DNA of 63,073 nucleotides, filler included, from Reticulomyxa filosa (lineage: Eukaryota > Protista > Foraminifera), in assembly GCA_000512085.1 (NCBI GenBank). It is 16 parts of 16 records of this genome, joined end to end, with 100 filler letters (N's around TTAATTAATTAA, not from the genome) between each part and the next. Parts side by side here need not be neighbours in the genome. Positions count along the whole stretch, not along the records: positions 36,964 to 38,515 come from ASPP01020879.1; positions 38,616 to 40,095 come from ASPP01002093.1; positions 40,196 to 42,037 come from ASPP01003320.1; positions 42,138 to 44,293 come from ASPP01024934.1; positions 44,394 to 45,393 come from ASPP01036909.1; positions 45,494 to 48,558 come from ASPP01002603.1; positions 48,659 to 52,803 come from ASPP01007379.1; 9 more parts are not named here. One strand, 5' to 3'. Below the pieces are notes generated by a model. That model was not told the DNA's origin, did no database searches, and saw nothing but the letters and a program-made list of their open reading frames with translations. Of the stretch, positions 38,260 to 50,620 are shown piece after piece. The stretch's first letter is position 1, and the number at the start of each line of letters is the position of its first letter. The position numbers and the translations under genes are program-made.

Positions 38260-38515
38260 ATGTTTTGGCTGGACATTTTTGGGACAAATCATTCAGTTGT
38301 TGCCAATTCCTATTATAATTTAGGAATTTCCTATAACGATAATAATCAATATGACAAAGCAATTGAACATTATGAAAAAGCATTGAAGATAAATCTGGAC
38401 ATTTTTGGGACAAATCATTCAGATGTCGCCAATTCCTATTATAATTTAGGAATTTCCTATAACTATAATGGACAATATGACAAAGCAATTGAACATTATG
38501 AAAAAGCATTGAAGA
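38260..38515 (+). CDS. TPR protein fragment (42-aa tandem TPRs)
   Basis: Two near-identical 126-nt units encoding LDIFGTNHS.VANSYYNLGISYN...QYDKAIEHYEKALK. Confidence 0.8.
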
Positions 38516-38615
38516 NNNNNNNNNNNNNNNNNNNNNNNNNNNNNNNNNNNNNNNNNNNNTTAATTAATTAANNNNNNNNNNNNNNNNNNNNNNNNNNNNN
38601 NNNNNNNNNNNNNNN

Positions 38616-39830
38616 ATTCATTATCTCCTTCAGTGACCCACACCTCATATAAGGCAAATGCGCGCTTATTAAACGGTTGAACCACTCTTGCCGATTCTAC
38701 TTTCACAACAGTCTTTGCCGAGAGTTTTATTGTTGGAACCTCGTACATATACGGCAAGAAAGGGGCCTTTTTTTTTTTTGATCATTAACAAATAAAAATG
38801 AATAATATACATTACATATACATATATATGTATACATATATGTAACGTATACAAATACAAAAAAAAAAAAAAATTAAGAAAAGTAATATTCAATAACTTC
38901 ATAGTTGTCGTCTTGTTTAATTTCATCTTGGTCTTGTGGGTCTTGCTGACTGGCATCAACTTCTTCTCTTTCTTGAGACTCGTCTTGCAAAGGCTCATCA
39001 TCGATCTCCACACTGATATTGGTGCTAACATTGGCGCTGTTTTTTGCGGCGTGCTTTGCGTTGGCAAGGATGTCATCCATGGACACTTGCACGACATTGT
39101 TCAATTCCCGTATTCCAATGAACAAGTCGTGCGCGTCGTCGTCGGTCACGCCGATTTTGGCTAAATCGATGCGGTCCAATCCTCGCAGCACTTTGCCGTC
39201 AATTTTGTTTTCTAAAAACAATTCGTGGTACTTTTCAAATCGTTGCGGCGTTCCCAATGTTCGACCGTAATTCGTTAACCAGGCCAGTACATCTTGTGCT
39301 GACCATTCTTTCAATTGTACGCTCTTTTTTTTTTTTTTTTTATGACTTTTGAATTGCGAAAAAAAAAAAATTAAAAAATAAAAAATAAAAAAAAAATAGA
39401 CAAATAATTATCTCACATCAAATGGATTTAGTTACAATGTAACTTTGTTACTTTTGTGATGAGGATTGACTTGCAAACCGGCCATCAAATGGTTTACTTC
39501 TTCTCTTATAAACATTGTTTGTTCCGATTCACTGTTCTCTTTGTTCTTTTCGTTTTCGTTTTCATTTTCGTCTTCATCGTCGAATCTTCGGAATGTCACT
39601 TTGTAAGGCAGTGGATGGTTACGGAACTCTTTCAACGCTTCTGCACTTGTCTTGTTTAACAGTGTCTTCCCGTTCAATCTAATTAATACGTCCCCTGGCT
39701 GTAGTCCTAACTTTGCCCCTACGCTGTCTTCCAACACCATATGCATCACCACTGTCTCTCCATGGTCCGCATGAGCAAATTTCACGCCCAAAGGACGTTG
39801 TGCGATTTCCACTTCAAAGTCGTGCATCAC
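38616..39830 (-). CDS. PDZ + SAM + probable PX domain protein, 3' truncated
   Basis: PDZ (RPLGVKF...GAKLGLQPGDVLIRLNG), SAM (EWSAQDVLAWL...YHELFLENKIDGKVL...LAKIGV) and a third exon KVESARVV...FALYEVWVTEGDNE resembling PX beta strands. Confidence 0.75.
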
Positions 39831-40195
39831 TTTTTCTTTTTACCTAAAAAAATTACAAAAATTCAGTTTTTTTTCTCTTTTTTTCCGTTCAAAGGAAAGA
39901 GTATAGACCTTTGCAATATTAATCATATAAAAACACAAAATTCAAGATCCAAGCCACCTTGTTTTGATTTGGAGAGCATTTGCATCCGCTAGAAGATTTA
40001 CCGATAATAAAATTTTTTAAATTTTTTTATCTAAATTTAAAAAGTGAAAGATCAAATATTTCTCAAGTGGAGTAAAAATAAACATAATTTTTCATNNNNN
40101 NNNNNNNNNNNNNNNNNNNNNNNNNNNNNNNNNNNNNNNTTAATTAATTAANNNNNNNNNNNNNNNNNNNNNNNNNNNNNNNNNNNNNNNNNNNN

Positions 40196-41137
40196 TTTAC
40201 CAATTTTTGCGTCTCATGTCCCAATTTTACACTCCATATCCGAATTATATCATCCCATGAGCACGAGACAATAGATTGGTCATCAGAAGAAAATTGTGCT
40301 ATCATCACAACATCTGAATGTCCTATCAATGTTTGGAGCATTTTCCCTGTTGCAGCATCTCATATACCAATTGTTTTGTCATACGATGCTGACACGATTT
40401 TTTGAGCATCAGATGAAAATTGCACATCATTTACATCTCCTGAATGTCCTTTCAATTTTTTCAGCTCTTGCCCTGATATCACGTCCCACAATCGAATTGT
40501 TTTATCGCTTGAACATGAAACAATGACACGACCATTTGGTGAAAATTGGATCCTTTTTACACATCATGTATGTCCCGTTAATATTTTTAATTCTCTTCCA
40601 GATTCAACATCCCCACAATCGAATAGTTGTATCGTCTGAGCATGACGCAGCTATAGCACCATCTGGTGAAAAGCATGCATCATACACTCCTTGTGAATGA
40701 CCTTTTAGAGAATATACTTCATTTCCTGATGCTGCATTCCATATCCGAATTGTTCCGTCGTCGGATGCTGAAATAATTTTTTTACAATCTCTTAATATTC
40801 TTACACTTTTTACAGATTCCAAGTGTCCTTCAAAGACTTTCGATAACTTAAAACGTTTGGTCTAGTTTGAATTTTTTGTTATCAAAAGTTAGCAAACATT
40901 TTTTAAAAAAAGTAATTTAAACAAGTTAGAGATACTGACATATCGTGCAACAAATTTGTTGAAATCGTCGATCCATCCAATCTCAATCGAAGACGACCGA
41001 ACCCAACTGTCCAAAATCGTCTTTACGTCTTTTTCTGTCTGTTGTTGTGTTTTCCTTGCAACATATGAGAAAACGATCCACATTTTCACACATCACACCA
41101 AGTTTATTTGTTGGATTTCATTATTGTTAGCGTCCAT
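40196..41137 (-). pseudogene. WD40-repeat gene with frameshifts
   Basis: Repeats ISASDDGTIRIW, FSPDGAIAASCSDDTTIRLW and GHSDVVMIAQFSSDDQSIVSCSWD, with frame disruption near 40560-40610. Confidence 0.75.
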
Positions 41138-42284
41138 TCCTTCAAAGGGATTATATTTTCTAGAATTTTTTTGTTTTCTTTTGGTCTGAATTAATTATCA
41201 AAAATGCCCCCAGAGAAAGCTGAACTAACTTAAACTAAATTTTTTCTGCCTCTCACTAGGGTCTTATAGCAATGATCTACTTCCTTTCAAAATTAAAATT
41301 TTTTCTCCTTTCAAATGGTCATTACCTCTATTTTGAATTACTTGTAAACTGCCATAGAACCGTGTCTTTAGTGCAAAATAAAAAAGTACAATTAAAGATA
41401 CTTCAAGGTGGCAAAGAAGATCAAAACGAGATACTACATTTTCGAGGGACAATACATAAATTGCAAAAAAATGTTGAGAAATGTTTGTAATTAGGCATGG
41501 ATCGTCTTCAAGGCAAAAATCAGAAAAACATTTAAAACAAGACAACAGAACAAAGCAATCGACGTTTCAAATATCATATTTAATAATAAATTGAATAAAC
41601 AAATAGCTTTATCTTGAAATTGACCATTTTTTGGTAAATCACTTCCCATTTGTAAATGATGTTGTACATGTTGTATTCAATGGTCCTTTGTATCTTTCCA
41701 AATGACATGGAAAGAGTTGAACTCTTGTGTATTTGAAATGTAAGTGTAATAATTAATAAATAATTGATAATTTATATTTAGTAATTCATAATTGATAAAG
41801 ACATTTGTATGTTTTTGTTTTCATTAACTGATATACTACTTGATAAATCATCTCTATCTCATAATAAATTGTGCGGAAGTGCCAAGTATGATTGAGAATA
41901 AGCCCATTTTTGATGCGTGTTATCTATATCAGTATGATTATACCATTGAATATTCACATTGAATTCCAAAGATTATTTGTTTGGATTTCCAAGTTATAAT
42001 AATTTATTTTCATCAAATAACATTATTGTTTGATGTTNNNNNNNNNNNNNNNNNNNNNNNNNNNNNNNNNNNNNNNNNNNNTTAATTAATTAANNNNNNN
42101 NNNNNNNNNNNNNNNNNNNNNNNNNNNNNNNNNNNNNTTTTTTGCTTGATCTATTTTTAAGCAACATTTACTTTGTTTATTATTACCAGTGACCCTGAGC
42201 AAAGATAGATTATGTTAAAAAATAAGTAATTATTAAACTACAAGCCGAAAAATTGATACTAGATGGCAAAAAAACGAACATCAA

Positions 42285-42459
42285 ATTTTTGAAGCAATTA
42301 GTAAAGATTTAATAAAAAACCAAATTCAAAATCATATTTAAAAACTGTAGTATTCGCAGATATTTTTTTAAAAGTTAGGTCTGAATGTTGTCTTTTCATG
42401 AAGAAAATCAATAATCATAAGGGCTGTTATGTGTCAACTTTCTTTTGCATTCTACTGTA
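42285..42459 (-). mobile_element. End of a Tc1/mariner-like non-autonomous element
   Basis: Homologous to 1420-1586. Reverse complement begins TA-CAGTAGAATGCAAAAGAAAGTTGACACATAA. Confidence 0.6.
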
Positions 42460-44074
42460 TATTACAAGTTATTTTTACCAAAAAGTTTTAATAAAAACTT
42501 TGAAAACAGTTATTCAAATCTTTTAAAAACGTTTTAAAAAAGGTTGTTGATGTTGAAATAAAAAGTGTAATTAACACAACTTTGCAATTTGAATATGCTT
42601 GTTCAATGTTTTTAAATTGACTACTGCTTTGCTAAGCTTGAAGAGTAAAACTTTGAATACATAACTTTGAAACACTAAAAGTGCGTTAATAGTTGGAGAC
42701 TATGTAATTTCATAATTAAATAAACAAAATTGAATTATATTTTTATCAATTAATTTGAATACGTCATAAGTTTTAAAATTATTTTTTCAAGTTGTTTAGA
42801 TGATAACTCTTGTGATGCTAAAATTCGAAGTAGAAGCCATTGCAAAAAGGATTTATAATCTTAACTAGTAACAAAGTTTTAATCTTTTTACTTTTACTAT
42901 TCGCATTCTTCTTGCGACATTGGCATAATTAAAATCCACAAGTAGCAGTAAGAATTTTCTGTTTTAAATTTTTCAAATTGGATTGAATAGTAAATTTTAA
43001 TACAATTTTTCATCTGGAGTGAATTTTTGCTATTCGTTTCCACTGCAAAACCTGTTGTTTTTGAAAAAATTTGTGCAAGACATTTATATGAAATACTTTT
43101 GAAAATGCTCAAAAATATATCAAGTGGTATTCAGATCCTAAAAACATTTTTTTGTAATAAATTATTATAGGAACAAAAATCAGGATTCAGATAAAACGAG
43201 TATATAATCTTGACAGAAAGAAAGATGAAATTGAAGATACATAAAGTTTAATTAAAAAAATAAAAGTATATTTGAAAATGAAATATATTTGATAATTTTT
43301 TTTACTTATCGAAGAGAAATAGTTATATTCAACAATTTACTCAATTTAATAAGATGTATGTACGTATCTCTTGCCCGAACATACACACTTACAGTTTTGT
43401 TGACTTAATGATAAAAAAATTTACTTATTAATATAGAAAATAAATTGTTATATTTTTCAAGTTAGCAATTATGATTGTTTGATTGATTTGTGCATTATAT
43501 GCAAATTATATTATTTTACAATTGTATGAAAAATTTGAGTCTTTCAATGCAGACATATATGCTTTAAATGTTACGACAAGTACTTTTAAAATAAATTATA
43601 TGATGTCCTAATTCAATATTTAATACATTACTAATTTTCTTTTTTATTTAAAAAAGCAAAATGTATTAACTTGAAAAAATGTTTTAAAATTAAACAAAAC
43701 GTCAATATAATTAGATTAAAACATGCATTGAATCGCACTTACAAAAAAAGTGTTTATCTTTTTTTTCCATAGTAATTTATATTTAATTAATTTGTTGACA
43801 ATTTTTTATTTTCTTATAATATTTTGTTTAATGTTATAATATCAAAGTTGAAATAATTGTTCTTTTGCTATTTGAGTCATTATAACATCGACTTCCAAAT
43901 GTATTTCTTAACACTTTGAATAAATCAACGTAGATCAATCTGTTCTTAATTTTGTAGTATAAACGCAAACAAAAAAAAAGAGATAAATTAAATTTTGTTT
44001 CAAATAAACAAAAAAAACATGAAATAACAACAGCAAACTTATCAAGTAATTCTATAACAAAAAAAAAAAAGTCA

Positions 44075-44290
44075 TTTTAAAATCACTTCATCATCGTATT
44101 AACTTTTGTCAAAAAAGTTGTATATTTCGAAGGCGAAAAATGTTTGAATCTGCAAGATCTTCATAATCTAAGTGGTTTTGAAATCGAGCGATTAAAGATT
44201 TCAGTGGCCAAGAAATTTCGGAGATCGAGAAAAGTGAAAAAAATTCAAGAAATTTTTTAATAGTGATATAAAGTTTTTTATAGAGTCGGA
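44075..44290 (+). repeat. Dispersed AT-rich repeat
   Basis: CTTCATCATCG...AACTTTTG..AAAAAAGTT...TT.GAAGG shared with 59445-59510. The 3' part is shared with 309-390 (reverse). Confidence 0.55.
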
Positions 44291-44393
44291 TTTNNNNNNN
44301 NNNNNNNNNNNNNNNNNNNNNNNNNNNNNNNNNNNNNTTAATTAATTAANNNNNNNNNNNNNNNNNNNNNNNNNNNNNNNNNNNNNNNNNNNN

Positions 44394-45392
44394 TTTCATT
44401 GCCATTTGCCCAAGAGATTCTGCACATGACATACGAACCAATTTATCTTCGTCTTTATTTTTGAATTTGTTGAGCAGAAGTTTAAAAGCAATATTTAATT
44501 GTTCTTGATTTAAGTGCTGTGCAAGGTTTCCAATTGATTTCGCACATGAACACTGAACCAATTTATCTTCGTCTTTATTTTTGAACTTGTTGAGCAGAAG
44601 TTTAAAAGCAATATTTAATTGCTTTTGATTTAAGTGCCGTGCAAGATCTCTAATTGATTCTGCACATGAATACTGAACCTTTTTACATTTGCCATTAAAC
44701 TTTTTCTGTATATACTTAAATGCAATACTCACTTGTTCTTTTTCTACTAGCAATTGCTCGCGTAAAATGTTTTGAATTGCTTGTGCATACAGATAACGAA
44801 CACATTTATTTTTCTCTTCGAATGTTTTCCCTATCAAATACGAAAAGAGATCTTTCAATTGTGTTTTACATAATCGTTTTATCATTGCTATCAGTAAATC
44901 AGCACCTACTTTGCGAATATATTTGCTTTGATCACTTAAAGCATCTTTTACCTTTTCTAAAGCGTTTGGTAACTGTCCTTGATCCAATCGCATCAAAATG
45001 GCATTAAGAGATTTTGCACATAACTGATGAATATACTTATTTTCCTCTTCGGTTAATCTATCTATTAAGCATGCGAAAGCAAGACTCAATTGTGTTTGAC
45101 TCCATTTCTTTGAGCGTGTTCCAAACCATTTTGCACAGTGATAGCGTGTATTTTCATCGTTATGTTTCAATCCATCTTTTAAACATTGAAGAAAATAATC
45201 TAATTGTTCTTTATTCAAGTTTTTTGATATTGATTCTAATGCTTTCACACAATTCATATCATTAATTCTATTCATTAGATTTCTAAGAACTCCATCTAAA
45301 ACTTTTCCTTCAAATCTTATGTGTGTTGTTCCTAACACTCTTGCAAATGTCTGACGAATGGTTTGATCTTTATGATTCAATCCATTTTTCAA
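44394..45392 (-). CDS. HEAT/PBS-lyase-like repeat protein, internal fragment
   Basis: About 40-aa helical repeats (VQCSCAKSIGNLAQHLNQEQLNIAFKLLLNKFKNKDEDKL). A 120-nt near-exact tandem duplication lies at about 44420-44680. Confidence 0.85.
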
Positions 45393-45563
45393 TNNNNNNN
45401 NNNNNNNNNNNNNNNNNNNNNNNNNNNNNNNNNNNNNTTAATTAATTAANNNNNNNNNNNNNNNNNNNNNNNNNNNNNNNNNNNNNNNNNNNNCATGGTA
45501 ATCACAAATATCAATAATTAAATTAATAATCAAGTATGTATAATATCTTCTGTTGTTTTCACA

Positions 45564-46043
45564 TTGAAATATTTGCTAATAGAATCACATAACAGTGACT
45601 CTGAAAAAAAGAGCACAGCTCGACGTCCTCAACCAACAGGATCAGCAAAAGTTCCTACGCGTGGATCAAAACATCAAAAATATTCAATTGTATTAGACCC
45701 ACCTCGTTCTGATTCGCAAAGCAGTGAAGATGAAAAGACAGAAGCAAAGAAACAAGACACAGTTGTGGATATGACAGCTTGCATTATTGAAAATGAATTT
45801 AATAAGAGATGGTTCACTGCTTCTGAATTTTATTCTGTATTTTCCAAATTATATTTAGATCGAGTGTCTTCTGATTGTCCAAAAGATTTAATTACTTGTG
45901 AAAGAATTATTCGCACTGCTAGACATCCCAACTCCAAATTCAAAATGTTTCACAGAAAAAAGAAAAGGATTGGACGAGTTATCAATGTTTACTACTTTTA
46001 TTGTTTTCCTATTCAACAATGTCAAGTTTGCAATACCTATTAA
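45564..46043 (+). CDS. Hypothetical protein (probable terminal exon)
   Basis: 159-codon ORF with coding-like composition. No family recognised. Confidence 0.35.
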   Translation: MKYLLIESHNSDSEKKSTARRPQPTGSAKVPTRGSKHQKYSIVLDPPRSDSQSSEDEKTEAKKQDTVVDMTACIIENEFNKRWFTASEFYSVFSKLYLDRVSSDCPKDLITCERIIRTARHPNSKFKMFHRKKKRIGRVINVYYFYCFPIQQCQVCNTY

Positions 46044-47260
46044 ATTCAGATTTATTCTTTTTGGATTTTTTTACTGTTACTCCTTCTTTTGGTGACATCA
46101 TTTCATACAATTTTGCCACTTCAATGTTAAAGTATTCAAACCCTTTTTAGGGCAGAACAAAGGCGATTCTTTTATATCTAATCAATCGAATTGTATTATC
46201 TTTGTTTGCATGGGATGAACATGAGATGATTGATATAATTTTTATTGAAAAAGAAATTGAAAATTGGCCAAATAGATTTTGATCATATAGAATTTGTGTC
46301 TTTTAGTGGTGTCAATTGTTTTGCCAATAAGTCCCTCAAAAAAGTTAAAAACTTATTCTCACGGACAAACACAAAAAATCGTCCCCCTAGTCTAGAGTGC
46401 AAGCCAACATGTAAAATCTGTCCACAAAAACGTGTTTGACAAAGTTTTCGTCCTAAAATGTGTGGAAAAAACACAGAATTGATTTGCTTGAAAAAATTAG
46501 CAAGGTTTGATTCAATTGAAAAATTCAAAGAAAATATCAGTTCTGTGACTATCCATTTACTAACGTGCAGTTTTACCTTTTTGAGAGCTTCCTTTTGTGC
46601 TTTAAAATGATCCGTACATCCATTTTAATAAAAAAATAGCTAAATAAAAATATATTGCAAATCTATTATGAAAATAATTAATTTTTTAAAAGATATTAAC
46701 AAGCATTGAAATTTCAAAATATAAAATGATTTTTTTAATAAAGTCATTGTTTAAACAAAGCTTTACTTTTTATATATTTTTGCAAATTTTGAAGGAAAAT
46801 CATTATTTTCACTTGTATTGTCATAATGAAAATTTTAAATGTTTTGTTGAGTTTTTCAGAAACTACATGGGTTGGAATTGAATTTTCGTTAATTATACCT
46901 TGAGTATTCAGATTAAATTTGGGAACAGTTTTTTTGGAGCCACGTGTGTCAAAGTTTCAATGTAGTTATCACACTACGTTTGATTGTATTTGTTGTGTTA
47001 AACTTTTTTGTTGATGGTTGCTTTCATTGCTCTGGTTTTTTTGTGCTAAACTTAGATTGCTTGTTTATGTCTGTAAATTTATTATGAAAAATGAGATTGC
47101 TTTTAATTTGCACGCCAAAGATAGCGCGAGGTGTGTCAATTGAGTTAATTTGTAAAACAAAAACATAAAAACAAAGAGCATGTTTAAATTTCAAAAAAGC
47201 TGGACTTGAAAAAAAGGAATATCACATATATTAGCATTATTGAAATAGATTGATTTAGAT

Positions 47261-48558
47261 TTGTCATCCATGACCTGTTCTCCCACAAGCACTTTCGAAT
47301 TGAATGAACAATTATTGACGCAACTGAAACAAGCATTATTAAAAAATGCAACAGTGAAAAGGTTGCTGAGAGAGCAAGTATATAAGATACAACAGTTACT
47401 ATTCGAAAATGACGAAAAGCAACGAATGTTACTGGATTGCATAAACAAGGAAAAAAGAGAAAAAACGGAAAAAATTGGCATAATGCCTTTGCCATGGGGT
47501 TTTCGTCGCGAGCGCAAATTGGGCGTCTCGCACTTTCTAGCCGACATTGACAACGAAAAGAAAATATTGGACCCACCAAAAAAGAACCACGACGCGGAAG
47601 CATTATCATCATACTTGGCTAACGTTCCGGTATATCATGAGTCAAACAAATGTTAAACAAAAACGAACCATTAACGAGTAGAAATATAAAGGGGTTTGGG
47701 TTTGGAGGGGGGAGGGAGGGTATCATTATCAACATGCAAATAAAATAAACAAACATATACATATACATATATATGTATATATTCATATATATATATATGT
47801 ATATGTATATTCGTGTTAAATAAAAAGTCAGTAAAGGTGAAATGGCAGCATTACTAATAGCAGTGCGACAGCAGTTTTTAGTAATCGCAAAGGGAGAAGC
47901 AGCGGCGAAATGTGGAAAGGGTGCACGCGAATTATACGATAAAATAAAAGAGATTCACGAAATGTCGATTCTTCAAATGTGTGATATGATAGACCCGCAA
48001 TTGTATGACTGGTGCAAAATCGCCTCTTTCGTTAACGAGAATAACGAAAGACTTTTGTTTGTACCCCCATCGATCTCACTCAATCGCACGCCAAAGGAAT
48101 GTTTCATGTTTTGGACTAACTTTATCCAAAAAGTACATCAGTTTAACACTCTGTTTTTTTTTATTTATTTATTTATTTTGTGTGCGTGTATACACGCACA
48201 TACGTATACCTATTGTCTTACACGTTGTGTTTTTCTTCTCAAGTCTAAGTGGGTGGAACGAAGAGGAGAATCGCGAATTGCGAAAGTACGCATCGATGTA
48301 TGGTGGTCATGAATGGAACAAAATTGCACAACACTTTAATGTTACGCTATATGAAGTTTTTGTCTTTTGTCGACATTCCATTTCAATTGTATTTCTACTT
48401 TTTTTTTTTTTTTTTAAAAATAAGCATTGCACTCCTCTTCCTCCTCTTCCAGGTAGGACAAACCAAAAAATATAATCGACGTACCGCTCTGTGCTGTCTT
48501 CGACAGTACCAACAGTATCTCAACGTATATCACACTCGCGTGTTGAGCACTCCCCCCC
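47261..48558 (+). CDS. SNAPC4/SNAP190-like Myb-repeat protein, 3' truncated
   Basis: N-terminal coiled coil (ALLKN...LLFENDEKQ), PPKKNHDAE motif, and Myb repeats DWCKIA...RTPKECFMFW and WNEEENRELRKYASMYGGHEWNKIAQHFN...RTALCCLRQYQ. Confidence 0.7.
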
Positions 48559-48705
48559 NNNNNNNNNNNNNNNNNNNNNNNNNNNNNNNNNNNNNNNNNN
48601 NNTTAATTAATTAANNNNNNNNNNNNNNNNNNNNNNNNNNNNNNNNNNNNNNNNNNNNAAAAAAAAAAAAAAAATAAAAAAAAAAAAAAAAAAAAATGTG
48701 AACAG

Positions 48706-50469
48706 ATATGGCGATATCTGTCCAAAGACAAACGCAGGAAGATGGGTAAACTGCATATTTATAGTAATGAACGTGTTTGTACTTTCGTTCTTCTTTTCAT
48801 TGACGTTTAAGTACTTGTACGGGATCCAAGATCGTTTGGTGTTAAAACATTCTTCCATATTTAACGACGCCAAATACTCGGACTGGGCGAACAGCCTTCG
48901 CAGTTTTTCCGAGCGTCTCAATCGGGCGCTGTTGAAAGCGAACACAGAACACGCGGCGTCAAGCCGTCGTCGCGTGACCGAGCAAACGCAGAAATTGAAT
49001 GTGCGACGAATATGGGCAAGATCGGCTTCGTCGGAAGTTGTGAAGCACGAATCGACTCTCCAGTTTGATGAAAAAGCAAATCCGGCGATGGCAATTGTAG
49101 GTTCTCCAGAGGCATCCCCATCTCCGAATCCAGACGCGTCCGATCCCAATGCACAACCTCCGTCGTCAGGACCTGATAATTTCGACGCAATACTGGCTCA
49201 AAAGCGACCCAAGGCTAATACAGATCAAGTGTCACAAGCAAGCAACCGAGCACAAGACTATCAATTGATTGTTTCCGCAGAGACTATGGACAGCAGTGTC
49301 GGGCCTCAGGATTCTCTCAATGATAATAATAATGATAATAATAATGATAATAATAATAATAATAATAATAACAAAATAAATGACGCACATGATCACAATA
49401 ATAATGCGAATGCACGAGAAAATGAAAAAAAAGAAGTGGACGCAGCTACGCTGGACACGGAAATAAAACAACCACAAACGGTTGGACAATTAAACGTCCC
49501 TCCGGTCTCAACGAATGTGCCTACGGACAAAGTGGTGGTGGATGTGACGAAGATATCGATGCAATCGGCTGAGGGATTGAAAGGCAAAGGGTCATTGCAC
49601 TCGAGTCCTTTGTCCAAAGACAGTGCCAAAAAGATGAAAGAAAAAACGGAAGAGGAAGAAAAATTCAGGCAGGATACGTTTGTACGAAATTTGCAAGTCA
49701 ATTGTGCCATATTGGTTGGGTTCATTTTAAGTGGCATGCTATTTTACGGGTATCTATGCACATATGAAATCGAAATACAACGACACAACCCGAGTGTCTT
49801 TGGAGGCTATTCTTTGGTTGACGCTTTTCGATGGAGCATTGTCACTCTTTCCACCATTGGCTACGGTGATGTGGCTCCAGTCACGACAGGTTCACAACTA
49901 GTTTTTACTTGACTTTATTCTGCTCGCTTTGAACATTGCTCACTACCAAATTAAAAAATAAATAACAAAAATATAAATGAATAAATTCAATAAATAATGC
50001 AAAAAAAAAAAAAAAAGGTGGACGATTGTTCGCAGGATTTTTTATGTTATTTGGCATATCACTATTGACCCGCTTTGTTGGTATGGGATTCGATCGGGCA
50101 CAAAACAACTACGAAGCCAAAATGAGCGCAATCAGATTGGAACGGAAGTTGGCCAGTGTTGATGAAATTACGGAATTTGACGAGGACGGGTCTGGGGACA
50201 TTGACAAGTACGAATTCTTGAAAACAATGTTGATTAATCTTGGAGATGTGGAAAAGTCCACCATTGAAGGGATCATGAAACGCTTTGATGAAATTGACAA
50301 AGATGGTTCTGGAGTTATTGACACAAACGATTTTAGGGAATATGTACAACGCAAAAATAAACAAGAAGTAATGCCACGTAGAATAAGTTTGAGAGACAAG
50401 CTCACTGGTCCGTCAAAGACGTCCGTACCAGACGAAGAAAAAGAGAAAGAGCATAGTGTAGACGTTTAA
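48706..50469 (+). CDS. Second two-pore (TPK-like) K+ channel with EF-hands, 5' truncated
   Basis: YGDICPKTNAGR and STIGYGDVAP pore loops, a long poly-Asn cytosolic loop, and EF-hands DEDGSGDIDKYE and DKDGSGVIDTND. Confidence 0.88.
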
Positions 50470-50620
50470 TACAAAACGCAAAGTGACTACAACAACAACA
50501 AAAAAATGAAATTTTGTGTGGCTTTTTTCTTTTTCCCTTTTTTTTTTTTTTAAATTTTGATTGTAAGATAAGAGAATGAATAGTTCATGAACAACAATGA
50601 ACCAAAAAAAAAAAAAAATT

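Noticed and set aside
44415-44680. Regular direct repeats as a CRISPR-like array
   Set aside because: They are in-frame coding repeats without unique spacers, in a eukaryotic context with no cas genes.
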